Source: a bacterium
GTDB taxonomy: Bacteria > Desulfobacterota > DSWW01
NCBI GenBank assembly: GCA_028277985.1
Contig: JANQFG010000119.1
Span: 3,911 to 67,910 of the forward strand
DNA: 64,000 bases
Direction: 5' to 3'
Below, one piece after another: positions 45,009 to 54,752 of the stretch. Position numbers and translations under genes: made by a program. The notes beneath the pieces were generated by a model. It did no database searches. It was not told the origin of the DNA and worked only from the letters and a program-made list of their open reading frames with translations. The first letter of the stretch is position 1, and every line of letters begins with the position of its first letter.

Positions 45009-45612
45009 GATTGCTCTCCTTCAGGACGTTCTCCACTTCTCGCCGCACGAAATCCAGCCGGTCCTGTCCCCAGAACATCTGGTCCCGAACAAAGAAGGTG
45101 GGAACCCCAAAGGCACCCCGCTCGATCGTATTCGCCGTATTCGCCTGCAGCGTCTCTTTTACCGAGGGCGCTGCGATCCCCGCGGCAAACTCTTCCCCGT
45201 CCAGGCCCACTTCTTTCGCGATCTCGACGGCCACCGCCGGATCGGACACATTCCGATCCTCCATCCAGGTGGCACGATATGCGGCTTTCCTGTACGCCTC
45301 ACATTCCTGCCGTCCCTCCAGAAAGACGGTCCCCCTGAGAAGATAGAGTCCGTTGATCGGGAAGTTGTTCGGAATGGTCAATGGTACCCCTTGGAAGGAG
45401 GCGCAACGCTGCATGTCGGTCACGATATAGGTGAGCTTCGCTGCCGGGTAAGGCATGCCTTCACGGAACTGCTCGAACCCTCGTAGATAGACCGGTACAT
45501 ACCGGATTTCGACAGGCAACCCTTCCAGGATCTCGTTGATCCGGCAATCCGCAATGTAGGTCCAGGGGCTTGCATAATCGAAACAAAAATCGACTCGACA
45601 TGGCTCAGTCAT
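44998..45612 (-). CDS. DsbA-like thioredoxin-fold protein, 2-hydroxychromene-2-carboxylate isomerase family
   Basis: VDFCFDYASPWTYIA N-terminus and C-terminal GAFGVPTFFV...FWGQDRL, typical of HCCA isomerases. Confidence 0.8.
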   Translation of the reverse strand: MTEPCRVDFCFDYASPWTYIADCRINEILEGLPVEIRYVPVYLRGFEQFREGMPYPAAKLTYIVTDMQRCASFQGVPLTIPNNFPINGLYLLRGTVFLEGRQECEAYRKAAYRATWMEDRNVSDPAVAVEIAKEVGLDGEEFAAGIAAPSVKETLQANTANTIERGAFGVPTFFVRDQMFWGQDRLDFVRREVENVLKESNHGG

Positions 45613-45700
45613 CTTCGACCTCCATCTTCTCGGGTTTCTTCCCGTACAGATCCCCTTCCCTTCAGCGTACCAAGCACCTCGTCACGCCTCATGCGCTCGC

Positions 45701-46564
45701 TCATCTGTTCCTCCGTTCCTCGGTTCGCCAGGGAGCGATGGCGTCCAGTGCGTGGACCTGGACCGGAGGCGAAGACATCTCCTCCGCATGCTCGCGCATG
45801 AACTGCCACCAGAACTCCCGTCCCAGCCGGTCATAGAGGCGCATCTCCTTGATGAATCTTCTCCGTTCGTTACCCGGGAGGATCGGCTCGGGTAGAAGAG
45901 GGTCGAGGGCGAGTTGTCGTAGGCATTCTCCTCCAAGCACGAAGGATTCCACGACGGACTTCTCGACAGGGAGTTTCGGCAGTCGCTTTGCACTCCTTTG
46001 CAGCGTATCCCGCATTTTCCGATAGCCGGCCTGCAAGGCACGGACGTTCCAGAGTCCCCTGGCCCTTTCATCGCTCTCCCATTCCATACCGCTTAGGACG
46101 AACACCAGGGCTTCCGGATCCAGGCCGAGCTCGCAGAGCCGGACACGCATAGCCTTGACTCCACCCCGGAGATTGTCGGGGCGCAGCCAGAGGTCCGGTT
46201 CCATCTCTCTGAAACCAAGCAACTCGAAGGCTCGAAGGCGACGCGACAGCGCTGCACGGTCGCTTCTTGGCAGGCCCGCCGTATGGACGCCGATCCATCC
46301 GCCGCCCCAGGGGGCCATGCGTTCCTCCATGTTTGCCCAGGAAGCAACGTGGTCCCGCACCGCTGCGGCTTTTTCCGAAATCCGGTACTGACCCCGCTCA
46401 TCCCGCTCGACCATGCCTCGGGCCAGCAAGCGCGCAAGGGTAACCCGTACGTTGTTCTCTGTGATTCCGAAGAGGGTGGCCACTCGCATGGGGGCGCGCA
46501 CGGGCACGGGGCCGTCCGTGGCTGTCAGGAGGTCGAGGATCAGGCTTTTGGCCGTAATCTCCAT
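45701..46564 (-). CDS. PaaX-family transcriptional regulator
   Basis: The N-terminal winged helix is AKSLILDLL...ATLFGITENNVRVTLARLLARGMVER. The size and C-terminal domain fit PaaX-like repressors. Confidence 0.8.
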   Translation of the reverse strand: MEITAKSLILDLLTATDGPVPVRAPMRVATLFGITENNVRVTLARLLARGMVERDERGQYRISEKAAAVRDHVASWANMEERMAPWGGGWIGVHTAGLPRSDRAALSRRLRAFELLGFREMEPDLWLRPDNLRGGVKAMRVRLCELGLDPEALVFVLSGMEWESDERARGLWNVRALQAGYRKMRDTLQRSAKRLPKLPVEKSVVESFVLGGECLRQLALDPLLPEPILPGNERRRFIKEMRLYDRLGREFWWQFMREHAEEMSSPPVQVHALDAIAPWRTEERRNR

Positions 46565-46686
46565 TCTTTAATATTACAGATATTTGCAATTAATGTCAAT
46601 ATATGTAATTTTTTCCTGCTCCCGCAGCACCCATGGACAACCGAATGCCTTCAACCCTATATTGAGCCATACGAAATGGGGGACTC

Positions 46687-47505
46687 ATGGATGCCGAACG
46701 CATTTCCGGCCTGTTCAGCCTGAAGGACCCGGAGCGATACGGCGTGGACCTCGGGCCCGGGCAGGACAGTGATTTTCGAGCTTCGCGCCGCCTGGTCATG
46801 TGGCTTGGGCTTCACCTTGCCTGGGGCGTGGTATTCCGCTTCTACCGCTCTTCCCGGGTAGGGACGATCGGCAAGGATCTGGAAGACGACCTGTTTGCCC
46901 GGGGCCAGGGAATCATCTACGCCCACTGGCACCAGTACGCGCAGTTCTATTTCTTCCACGCGGGCCGGAAGCGACACCTGATGATGATCAGCCCCAAGCT
47001 GGGAGGGGAGTTCGGGGCTCGCTGCATGGACAGGGTGGGCGTGCTCACGGTGAGAGGATCATCGACGAAGGTGACCAAGGAGGGTCACCTCAGATACAGG
47101 GGTGGCAAGGAAGCATTGTCCGCGGTCGAAAGACTGGTCAAGGAGGAGGGCTTTCACGCGGGCATCACGGCCGACGGTCCGAAAGGACCCGCCTTCCACG
47201 TCAAGCCGGGGGCCCTTCACCTTGCCCGAGACACCGGCTCACCGATCATGGTCCTGACCGCTGCTGCACGACCCCGCTTCCGGCTCCCGGGCTGGGACAG
47301 GATGTGGATGCCCTTCCCTTTCTCGAGGATCATCTACTTCTTCTCCGGCCCCTTCTATGTCCCCCCGGATGCAGACGACAAGCTGATAGAGAAGGCCCGC
47401 CTTCAGCTTGAACATCACATGCGGGACATGACCGCTCGAGCCGGAAAGTACTGGAAGGACCAAGCCACAAGAAGAGAGTTCCCCGAGCCGCTCTGGACGG
47501 AGTGA
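46687..47505 (+). CDS. DUF374-domain protein (lysophospholipid acyltransferase-like)
   Basis: IYAHWHQY ... GITADGPKGPAFHVKPGALHLA resembles the PF04028 signature. Confidence 0.75.
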   Translation: MDAERISGLFSLKDPERYGVDLGPGQDSDFRASRRLVMWLGLHLAWGVVFRFYRSSRVGTIGKDLEDDLFARGQGIIYAHWHQYAQFYFFHAGRKRHLMMISPKLGGEFGARCMDRVGVLTVRGSSTKVTKEGHLRYRGGKEALSAVERLVKEEGFHAGITADGPKGPAFHVKPGALHLARDTGSPIMVLTAAARPRFRLPGWDRMWMPFPFSRIIYFFSGPFYVPPDADDKLIEKARLQLEHHMRDMTARAGKYWKDQATRREFPEPLWTE

Positions 47506-47861
47506 CACAGTCAAGAAGGGACACTTCCCCAGGAACCAACGATCGGCCTACACCGTTTGATCGACTCCTCTTTCGTACCCCGATCATCCCTCCGGTCAGC
47601 CACCAGCGGCCACGGCCATTCTGAAATTCAGCATACCGTTTTCGCTTCAGCAGGGCATATTTTATCTTTTTCATATGAGAGGCAATTGACCGGTAAGTAC
47701 ACCGCCTCACCGGACTCACGCAGGATTGGGGCGCCTGGGACGACACGTACACGTTCGTCGAGGACAGGAATGACCATTACCTGGATGCAAATCTCGGGAT
47801 CACCAGCTTCACCGACAATGATCTCGACCTCCTCTACATATGCAACACCGAAGGTGAGGTC

Positions 47862-49460
47862 GTGTGGGGCAGGGTCTACGACCTCGAGACGGAAGAGCCC
47901 ATCATGGTGGAAGAGTTCCCTTCTTCCCGTCTACCGCCGGAACACCCTCTTCTCGCCCACGGTTCCGATGATGATGCCATCACCGGCATACTGAGCACAG
48001 ACCGGGGGGCCCTCCTGGTCGCCTCCCAGCCGATCTTGACCAGCGAAGACGAAGGCCCTTCCCGGGGCGCGCTGATCATGGACCGCTTTCTCACCAAAGA
48101 CCTGGTCGAAATCATCGCAGAACAGGTGCGCGTTGATTTTCGCCTCTGGTCGATCCCTGATGACGAGGTCCCGGTACACGACAGGCCCATGTTGGAACGA
48201 CTCACACCAGGGTCGCCGCCACTCGTCTCGGAGCAGGACGAGAAGATGCTCAGGGTCTATTCCGTCATGAACGACATCGAGGGGCGCCCGGCCGTGCTGT
48301 TGAGGGCGGATGTCCCCAGACACATCAGCGCCAGGGGAGCCGAAATCCTCAGGGGTACCAACCTCTTTGGCCTCACGGCCGGAATCCTCACGCTCCTCCT
48401 TTTTATGACCCTGCTCCACCTGTCCGTCCTGGGGCCCCTCAAGAAGTTGACGGCCCACGCAACGGCCCTTGGCAGAAACGACGATCTCACCGCGAGACTC
48501 TCCTTTGGCCGCAAGGACGACCTTGGCACGCTCGCACGCGAATTCGACTCGATGGTCGAGAAACTGTCACTCGCCCGCAAAGGACTCCTGGAGAAGTCCT
48601 ACGAATCGGGAAAAGCCGAGATCGCCTTACGGGTGCTGCACGGCGTCCGAAACGCTCTGAGCCCGGTTGTCGGACACCTGGGGCTGTTGCGGAGCGACCT
48701 GAAGGGCATGCCGCTGGAGCAGATCCGCATGGCCAAGGAGGAACTGGCCCAGGAGATGAGCTCTCCAGCCCGAAGGCAGGATTTGGGACAATTCCTGGAC
48801 CTGGCCACGGAGAAGCTCCTCTCACATGTCGAGAAATCGGAAAAATCCCTGGATGAGATCTGGAAACATGCACAAAAGGTCGAGCAGATCCTGGCCAGCA
48901 ATGATGAAATCAGCCGTGCGGAGCGACCGGAAGAGCATGTGAAACTTGAAGGAATCGTCCGGGACGCCGTCCGGGAGATCCCGGCCGATCTTCGGGAGCG
49001 AATCTCGGTGGAGATCGATGCCGGCGTCAATGGAATGCCGCCCGTCAAGGGAGATCGAATTTCCCTCAAACAGATTCTATCTCATCTGCTGATCAATGCC
49101 GCCGAATCGATCCGTAGGACCGGGTCCGTTTCAGGCGGTGTCATGGTCCGCGCTTCCACCGAAAGGATGGACGGGGCAGAGGTGATCCACGTACAGGTTC
49201 AGGACAACGGAGCAGGCATCCCGAGGGACGATCTGGACCGAATCTTCCAACGCGGCTATTCCACGAAACCAGGGGACACTTCGGGGCTCGGGTTGCACTG
49301 GTGTGCGAACACGATCTCCTCGATGGAGGGGAAACTCTACGCGGAAAGCGACGGGGCGGGGCATGGCGCTCGCTTGCACCTCTTCATACCGAACAAGACT
49401 GCACAAATCCCTCGGGTTGATCCTCGACGTTCCCGAAGATCTCCCCCCTGTTCTCGCTGA
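47862..49460 (+). CDS. CHASE4-HAMP-histidine kinase, apparently truncated at the N-terminus
   Basis: Contains a TM helix, a HAMP domain, an H-box (LHGVRNALSP), an N-box (LLINAAES) and G-boxes (DNGAGI, GLGLH). The CHASE4-like sequence continues upstream in frame to 47697 (LTQDWGAWDDTYTFVEDRNDHY), but there is no start codon there and in-frame stops occur at 47694 and 47676. GTG 47862 is the first possible start. Confidence 0.7.
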   Translation: MWGRVYDLETEEPIMVEEFPSSRLPPEHPLLAHGSDDDAITGILSTDRGALLVASQPILTSEDEGPSRGALIMDRFLTKDLVEIIAEQVRVDFRLWSIPDDEVPVHDRPMLERLTPGSPPLVSEQDEKMLRVYSVMNDIEGRPAVLLRADVPRHISARGAEILRGTNLFGLTAGILTLLLFMTLLHLSVLGPLKKLTAHATALGRNDDLTARLSFGRKDDLGTLAREFDSMVEKLSLARKGLLEKSYESGKAEIALRVLHGVRNALSPVVGHLGLLRSDLKGMPLEQIRMAKEELAQEMSSPARRQDLGQFLDLATEKLLSHVEKSEKSLDEIWKHAQKVEQILASNDEISRAERPEEHVKLEGIVRDAVREIPADLRERISVEIDAGVNGMPPVKGDRISLKQILSHLLINAAESIRRTGSVSGGVMVRASTERMDGAEVIHVQVQDNGAGIPRDDLDRIFQRGYSTKPGDTSGLGLHWCANTISSMEGKLYAESDGAGHGARLHLFIPNKTAQIPRVDPRRSRRSPPCSR

Positions 49461-49860
49461 CCGGGACCGGATACAGCAGGTAATCACCAACCTTTTGAAC
49501 AACGCTGTGAACTTCTCTCACGCCGGCGACCCGATCACCATCAAGGTCGAGACCTTCGAACAGGCAAGCGGGGCAACCCGCTCAGAGTGGGTCAGGGTGA
49601 GCGTGACCGACCAGGGCGTCGGAATCGACGAGAAAGATCTGGACTTGATCTTCGAGAAATTCAATCAGGGCTCCGGTGACACGCTCACTGCGAAGCCCCA
49701 GGGCGCGGGGTTGGGGCTGTCGATCTCCAGGGAGATCGTGACCCACTATGGTGGAGAGCTCTGGGTCAGAAGCCTGAGCGGGGAAGGCAGCACCTTTGCA
49801 TTCACGCTGCCTGCCCATGCATCTGTCGAATCCTCCCAGAGGAAAGTGTCGAACGGGTAG
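49402..49860 (+). pseudogene. Orphan C-terminal (HATPase_c) fragment of a second histidine kinase, frame-shifted relative to the first
   Basis: KSLGLILDVPEDLPPVLADRDRIQQVITNLLNNAVNF ... DQGVGI ... GAGLGLSISREIV ... GSTFAFTLP. There is no H-box or sensor part, and the fragment begins exactly where the first kinase ends. Confidence 0.55.
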
Positions 49861-49883
49861 ACTCGATCGGTCCGAAACAGAAC

Positions 49884-50258
49884 TCAGTGATCCGCTATCG
49901 TGTACCCTCGGCTCTTCATGCACCTCTTCAGAGCATCGTTGTATTTGATATGCTGCTTCCTCCATTCCACCGACTGCCTGGCCTCCAACTCCTTCTTCTC
50001 CTCTGGGCGCATCGGAGGGTTGTCATCCGGAGGCCGGATGGCCGGGTCGAACCCGGTTCTCTCCACGGCGAGCCTATGGCACTCGTATCGATCTTTGCTC
50101 TGCTGCTCTTCTCCAACGCCTTCCTTCTGAAACACCGACAGATCGAGTTGCGCGAATGCAACCGGCGCCGACACGCCGGCGCCGATCAGCAGACACATGA
50201 GCAAGATGATTTCAGCCTTCCAGGTCTTTCTGCCAACCTTCACTGTTCCTCGAAACAT
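49884..50258 (-). CDS. Small hypothetical secreted protein
   Basis: GGGAGAG RBS and a signal peptide (ILLMCLLIGAGVSAPVAFA). I recognised no family. Confidence 0.5.
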   Translation of the reverse strand: MFRGTVKVGRKTWKAEIILLMCLLIGAGVSAPVAFAQLDLSVFQKEGVGEEQQSKDRYECHRLAVERTGFDPAIRPPDDNPPMRPEEKKELEARQSVEWRKQHIKYNDALKRCMKSRGYTIADH

Positions 50259-50288
50259 ATCTCTCCCTCTACCGGCCGATCCTTTCAT

Positions 50289-51872
50289 TCAGGAGCCTCC
50301 ACGATTCAACCGTTGAAACATTCCCTTGTTGTTCCTGTAGATCTCAAGGAAGCACCCGTAGAGCTCGTCGTAGATCTGGCGGTTCGCCCCATCCGGGAAA
50401 AAGGTTTCCTCGTACTCGATCAAATCCGGAATATCATCAAACGTGATATGCCCCAATCCGACCGAAGCGATGAAGGCGGCTCCACGGGCGTTTGCCTGCA
50501 GCGGATCCTTCACCTGCCTGATCTCCCGGTCGAGCACGTCGGCGAAGATCTGGCACCAGACCGTCGATCTCGCTCCGCCGCCCACGATGTTGAGTGGGTT
50601 CAACGGACGCTTCACGAACTTCTCCACGTATCCTAGACTCCACCTGGTATTGTACGCAACTCCCTCCAGAAAAGACCTTACGATGTGATCCAGATTCGTC
50701 GTCTTCGAGAGATTGTACAACCCTCCCCTGAGGGTCGTGCTGTCCACCGGGGTCCTTTCCCCATTGAGCCAGGGTGTGAAGATGAGCTTGTGACTTCCCG
50801 GTTCGACTCGTCGCGCCACCTCGTCCATGACCTCGTACGGATTCTCCGGCTGTTCCCCCGAGACGAGGCCGTTCTTGTGAAAAAGAATGTTATCCGCGAG
50901 AAAGCCGAGGCATCCGCCCGCCAGATCCTGCTCGTTCACGCTCTGGTACTTTCCCGGGATGGCGGTCGGCAGCGATGCGATCGCGTGGAGGGCATCCGAT
51001 TTCTTGAAGGGCACGATGCATTGCACCCAAGAGGATGTCCCTATGTAGACGTGACCCTCATACTCCCTTACCGCGCCGGACCCGACGAGCGCGCATTGAT
51101 GGTCCGGAGAGCCCATCACGACCTTCGCATCCCTTCGAATGCCTATCTCCTCGGCCACGGCCGGCAGCACGGGTCCGAGCACGTCGGTTGCGGCCTTAAG
51201 GGGAGGCAGCTTCCCTTTGTCCAGCCCAACGATGCGGATCAACCTGTCGTCGTATTGCATACGGTTGATGTCTCTTGTGTCGGTCACCCAGAAGAGTTGC
51301 ATCGAGTCATAAGAGGCGGCGAATTCACCGGTCATCCTCAGGTTCAGGTAATCCTTGCTTGGAAGGAACATGTGGGTTCGTTCATACACATCCGGGAATG
51401 CGTTTTTCCAGAGCAGCACGTGTGCCACGTCATCCTTGCCGGACAGGGAAGGCGCGCCCGCGGTCTTGGTCACCCATTCCACGACCTTGAGCAGTCCGTA
51501 GCCCATCACGCTCGGAAATCCCCTCATCGCTTTCGCGATGTGCGGGGCCCCGCGGGAATCCATCCAGGTCAGTGAATTCGCCAGGTGATTTCCGTCCGCA
51601 CCCACCGCGACGGTACTGGAAAAGGTACTCGAGACGCACACGGCCGTGACTGCCTCGGCGGGCACGACGCCCTTGCTTACGAGCCTCTTCGAGGTCGAAA
51701 GCAGGGCCCTCCACCAATCCTCAGGGTCCTGTTCCGCACCGCCACCTGGAAGGAAATGAATGGGGGTCTTCTCGTAATCCGAGGCCACCACTTGTCCGTG
51801 TATCGATATGACCGAAGCCTTCACACCGGATGTGCCGTGGTCGATGGCCAGGATGTATTCGTCCTGCTTCAT
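50289..51872 (-). CDS. FGGY-family carbohydrate kinase (xylulokinase-like)
   Basis: LAIDHGTSGVKA N-terminal ATPase motif and C-terminal GGGARS. Confidence 0.9.
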   Translation of the reverse strand: MKQDEYILAIDHGTSGVKASVISIHGQVVASDYEKTPIHFLPGGGAEQDPEDWWRALLSTSKRLVSKGVVPAEAVTAVCVSSTFSSTVAVGADGNHLANSLTWMDSRGAPHIAKAMRGFPSVMGYGLLKVVEWVTKTAGAPSLSGKDDVAHVLLWKNAFPDVYERTHMFLPSKDYLNLRMTGEFAASYDSMQLFWVTDTRDINRMQYDDRLIRIVGLDKGKLPPLKAATDVLGPVLPAVAEEIGIRRDAKVVMGSPDHQCALVGSGAVREYEGHVYIGTSSWVQCIVPFKKSDALHAIASLPTAIPGKYQSVNEQDLAGGCLGFLADNILFHKNGLVSGEQPENPYEVMDEVARRVEPGSHKLIFTPWLNGERTPVDSTTLRGGLYNLSKTTNLDHIVRSFLEGVAYNTRWSLGYVEKFVKRPLNPLNIVGGGARSTVWCQIFADVLDREIRQVKDPLQANARGAAFIASVGLGHITFDDIPDLIEYEETFFPDGANRQIYDELYGCFLEIYRNNKGMFQRLNRGGS

Positions 51873-51880
51873 GCAACTCC

Positions 51881-53104
51881 CTAAAGGTCGATCTTCGTCA
51901 CTCTGCCGCGGGAATCGATCCGTTCCGCATACAGGACCTCCACCACCTTCTTCCTGCCTTTCGTCTTCACCGGCTTCATCGTTTCTCGAAGACGAATGAA
52001 ATCTTTCGGGTCCACGCAGGCTTCCGGCGGCAGCACGCCTTTGGCTGTGACCTTGCCCTGATCCATCAGGATCACGCCCATGGCAGCAGGAATCCCGGTT
52101 CCTTCACCCAGCGCGGATCCCTCCGAGGCCATATGGACCCTGTACTCTTCCCGTTTCCCGGCCTTCTTGCCCTTGACCACGACCGCCATGGCTCCCCGCT
52201 GGGTACCGAATTTCGTTCGTTTCAGAATCCGGTCCCGCTCCCGGATGATGTAGGCGATCGCAAAATCGTAGGGCACGACCTCCTTTCCTCCGACCTGGAT
52301 CGGCTCTTTGCTTGAAAGGCCCAGTTTGCACACATTGCCTGTCAGCTCGTAGTACTCGATCGGCAGGACCGATCCCTTGTTCGTGACCTGCCTCACCTTG
52401 ATGTATTTGGGAAGGGTGACCTGCTCGGGATGGGGATAAGGGTAGAGGGGGATGTTCTTACCCACGATCGGAAAGTCAAAGGTCTGCCGCAAGGCGATTC
52501 CGTCTTCCCGGAAATATTTCACGTACTTCAGCTTGCCGTCCAGGAACATGGGAATGTCGATCGTCATGCAGTGAAAGCGATGGCCTATGACGCCCTCCCC
52601 TTCGATCGGCTCCCCGCCGTGTGTGTGGAAGATATCCACCGAATCGGTCTGGTCCAGCAGGTCATCCGCCACCAGCTTTGCGAACAGATTCGTCACGCCG
52701 GGCGAGGCACCCATCCCGATGAGAGCCGTGATCCCCGCCTTTTTGGCGGCCCTGTGCATCTTGAGGATGTCCAGGGTGACATCCACGTCGTCACAGATAT
52801 CTACATAGTTGATGCGCTCTTCGATCACCACGCCCAGGATGGTCTTCACGCTCTTGTAGAAGGGCCCGACGCAGTTGAGCACGATGTCGCTGCCCTTGAT
52901 CGCCTTCCTGATGCTGGCAGGGTCCTCGGCGTCTACCTTGACGGCCACGACCTTCTTCGACCCGGTCTCCGCGACGATCTCCCTGGCTCCGGCCATGTTC
53001 ACGTCTCCGATACGAATCTTGGAGAACAGATCCTGCGCTGCCAGGCTCTTTACGGCAACGCTTCCGACCGCACCACAACCACCCAGAACAGTCACTTTCG
53101 CCAT
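51881..53104 (-). CDS. Saccharopine dehydrogenase-family NAD(P) oxidoreductase
   Basis: KVTVLGGCGAVGS Rossmann motif. The roughly 400 aa two-domain layout is typical of PF03435/PF16653 proteins. Confidence 0.8.
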   Translation of the reverse strand: MAKVTVLGGCGAVGSVAVKSLAAQDLFSKIRIGDVNMAGAREIVAETGSKKVVAVKVDAEDPASIRKAIKGSDIVLNCVGPFYKSVKTILGVVIEERINYVDICDDVDVTLDILKMHRAAKKAGITALIGMGASPGVTNLFAKLVADDLLDQTDSVDIFHTHGGEPIEGEGVIGHRFHCMTIDIPMFLDGKLKYVKYFREDGIALRQTFDFPIVGKNIPLYPYPHPEQVTLPKYIKVRQVTNKGSVLPIEYYELTGNVCKLGLSSKEPIQVGGKEVVPYDFAIAYIIRERDRILKRTKFGTQRGAMAVVVKGKKAGKREEYRVHMASEGSALGEGTGIPAAMGVILMDQGKVTAKGVLPPEACVDPKDFIRLRETMKPVKTKGRKKVVEVLYAERIDSRGRVTKIDL

Positions 53105-53245
53105 CTTATCCTCCTCTCAGGAATCCTCCAGTGGTTCCTCTTCGCATCACCTCTTGAGCCCTTCAGCTACGTGCAGGGCATATTTGATTTGCTCAGGACG
53201 CCTCGGTATTCTACATCCAAACGCTGCTCAAGAAAAGGAATCCCC

Positions 53246-53980
53246 ATGCACGCTGCTGATTTCAAGGTCAAAATCCTCGGCATCGTCGGCACGCCGATCA
53301 AGGACGGAAACTGCCAGTATCTGCTCGAACAGGCATTGCAGGTTGCAGAGTCGGGAGGGCAGGCGACGACCGAGCTGATTCATCTCAAGGACTACCGCAT
53401 CGAGTACTGCATCGGCTGTGAAATGTGCCTTCGCCGGGTACACAAGGTGCAGAAGGAGGTAGGTTACCACGTCGTACCGGTTCCCGTGGAGGAATACAAC
53501 TGCAGCATCAAGGACGACATGCGGGTCATCCACGAGAAGATGCTCGATGCAGACGCCATCCTCCTGGCGGCGCCCGTCTACATCGCCACGATCCCGGGCC
53601 AGGTGAAGACCTTTATCGATCGGTGCCGGACCTTTGTACACGACTTCAGGCTGCGCGGCAAGGTGGCCGCACCGCTGACCGTCGCCTTCTACCGGAATGC
53701 CGGAGAGGACACGGCCTTGCAGACGATGACTCTCTCCCTTCTGGCCATGGGGCTGACCCAGGTCTCTTTCGGGGCTTCCGCGGTCTCCACCAGGGAGGGG
53801 ATGGGCATACCGATCCGGGAGACACGGTTCGCGGTCAAGGAAGATCTGGTCGGGATGACCATGATGAACATGGCGGCCACACAAGTCGTCCAAGCCGCCG
53901 TCCAGATGAAAGCGGGGAAGCTGGCGCTCGAAGAGGCCGGAATCACATTCCAGACCGCGGGATGGGCCCCTCCGCAGTAG
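53246..53980 (+). CDS. Flavodoxin-fold FMN reductase / iron-sulfur flavoprotein (Isf)-like
   Basis: KILGIVGTP..GN, a Cys cluster (YCIGCEMC) and APVYIATIPGQVKTFIDR, typical of NADPH-dependent FMN reductase-like proteins. AAAAGGAA RBS. Confidence 0.7.
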   Translation: MHAADFKVKILGIVGTPIKDGNCQYLLEQALQVAESGGQATTELIHLKDYRIEYCIGCEMCLRRVHKVQKEVGYHVVPVPVEEYNCSIKDDMRVIHEKMLDADAILLAAPVYIATIPGQVKTFIDRCRTFVHDFRLRGKVAAPLTVAFYRNAGEDTALQTMTLSLLAMGLTQVSFGASAVSTREGMGIPIRETRFAVKEDLVGMTMMNMAATQVVQAAVQMKAGKLALEEAGITFQTAGWAPPQ

Positions 53981-53984
53981 TCGC

Positions 53985-54752
53985 CTACACCAGATTGATC
54001 CGCGTGCCGCCGATAACCACCTGGTCGTACGAATACTCGCAGCCCCGCTCTTTGGCCGCAGCGAGGATCCGTGACCGGTCCTCCACCTTCAGGTCAAAGG
54101 CCCCTACACCCGGCCCTCGCCCATCAACAGCAGGCACAAAACGAAGCATCCCGTTCTGGAGTTGAATCCCGGAGTCCGCGGGGGTGCACTCCGTCAAGGG
54201 GAGTCCCAGAATCCGTGCCCAGAGCTCCGCCAGTTCCGCCGGATCCTCGCTCTGCAGTTCCGCTCCGACCAGGCTACTCACCACATCGGTCCTGACGGCC
54301 CTCGTCCATTCAGGCCCGCCCGGTTCCCACATGCACATTCTTTCGGTGTGATCCGCCTCCGGGGCGACCGAATCCACCGAAAGGAGCACGCCACCCGTAT
54401 CCCGGGGATGGAAATGGGTGCAACGGTACTCCGGGTTGTCCAGCGTGAAAACCGACCGGATACCGAGTCCGGCGATACGCTCGCGCTCGGATTGAGCATC
54501 CTCACACTGCAACAGCACCATATAGCCTCCGTTCCCCCCACGCCTTTCCAGGTAGCGGCCGGCGGTCGTGTTCTCCTGAACCGGAGCGACCACCTCCAGG
54601 AAATCCCCGTTGATCGGCATGACCGCGTTCTCGAGCCCGAAATAGATGACCAGCGGATCCCGATAGGCAACGTCCAGACCGAGCACGGAAGTGAGATCGG
54701 ACACGACCGGTTCCAGCTTCTCCGCCACCAGGCATACCTGACGCAATCGCAT
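53985..54752 (-). CDS. Glyoxalase/VOC-like domain protein
   Basis: Start MRLRQVCLVA with a GAGGGAAG RBS. The pattern FLEVVAP....AGRYLERRG resembles the glyoxalase-like domain PF13468. Confidence 0.65.
   Translation of the reverse strand: MRLRQVCLVAEKLEPVVSDLTSVLGLDVAYRDPLVIYFGLENAVMPINGDFLEVVAPVQENTTAGRYLERRGGNGGYMVLLQCEDAQSERERIAGLGIRSVFTLDNPEYRCTHFHPRDTGGVLLSVDSVAPEADHTERMCMWEPGGPEWTRAVRTDVVSSLVGAELQSEDPAELAELWARILGLPLTECTPADSGIQLQNGMLRFVPAVDGRGPGVGAFDLKVEDRSRILAAAKERGCEYSYDQVVIGGTRINLV

Noticed and set aside
47650-47662. The 13-mer GCAGGGCATATTT is shared between the degraded kinase upstream region (47650-47662) and the intergenic region at 53173-53185
   Set aside because: At this length it is within chance expectation for the window, and the flanking sequence does not align.
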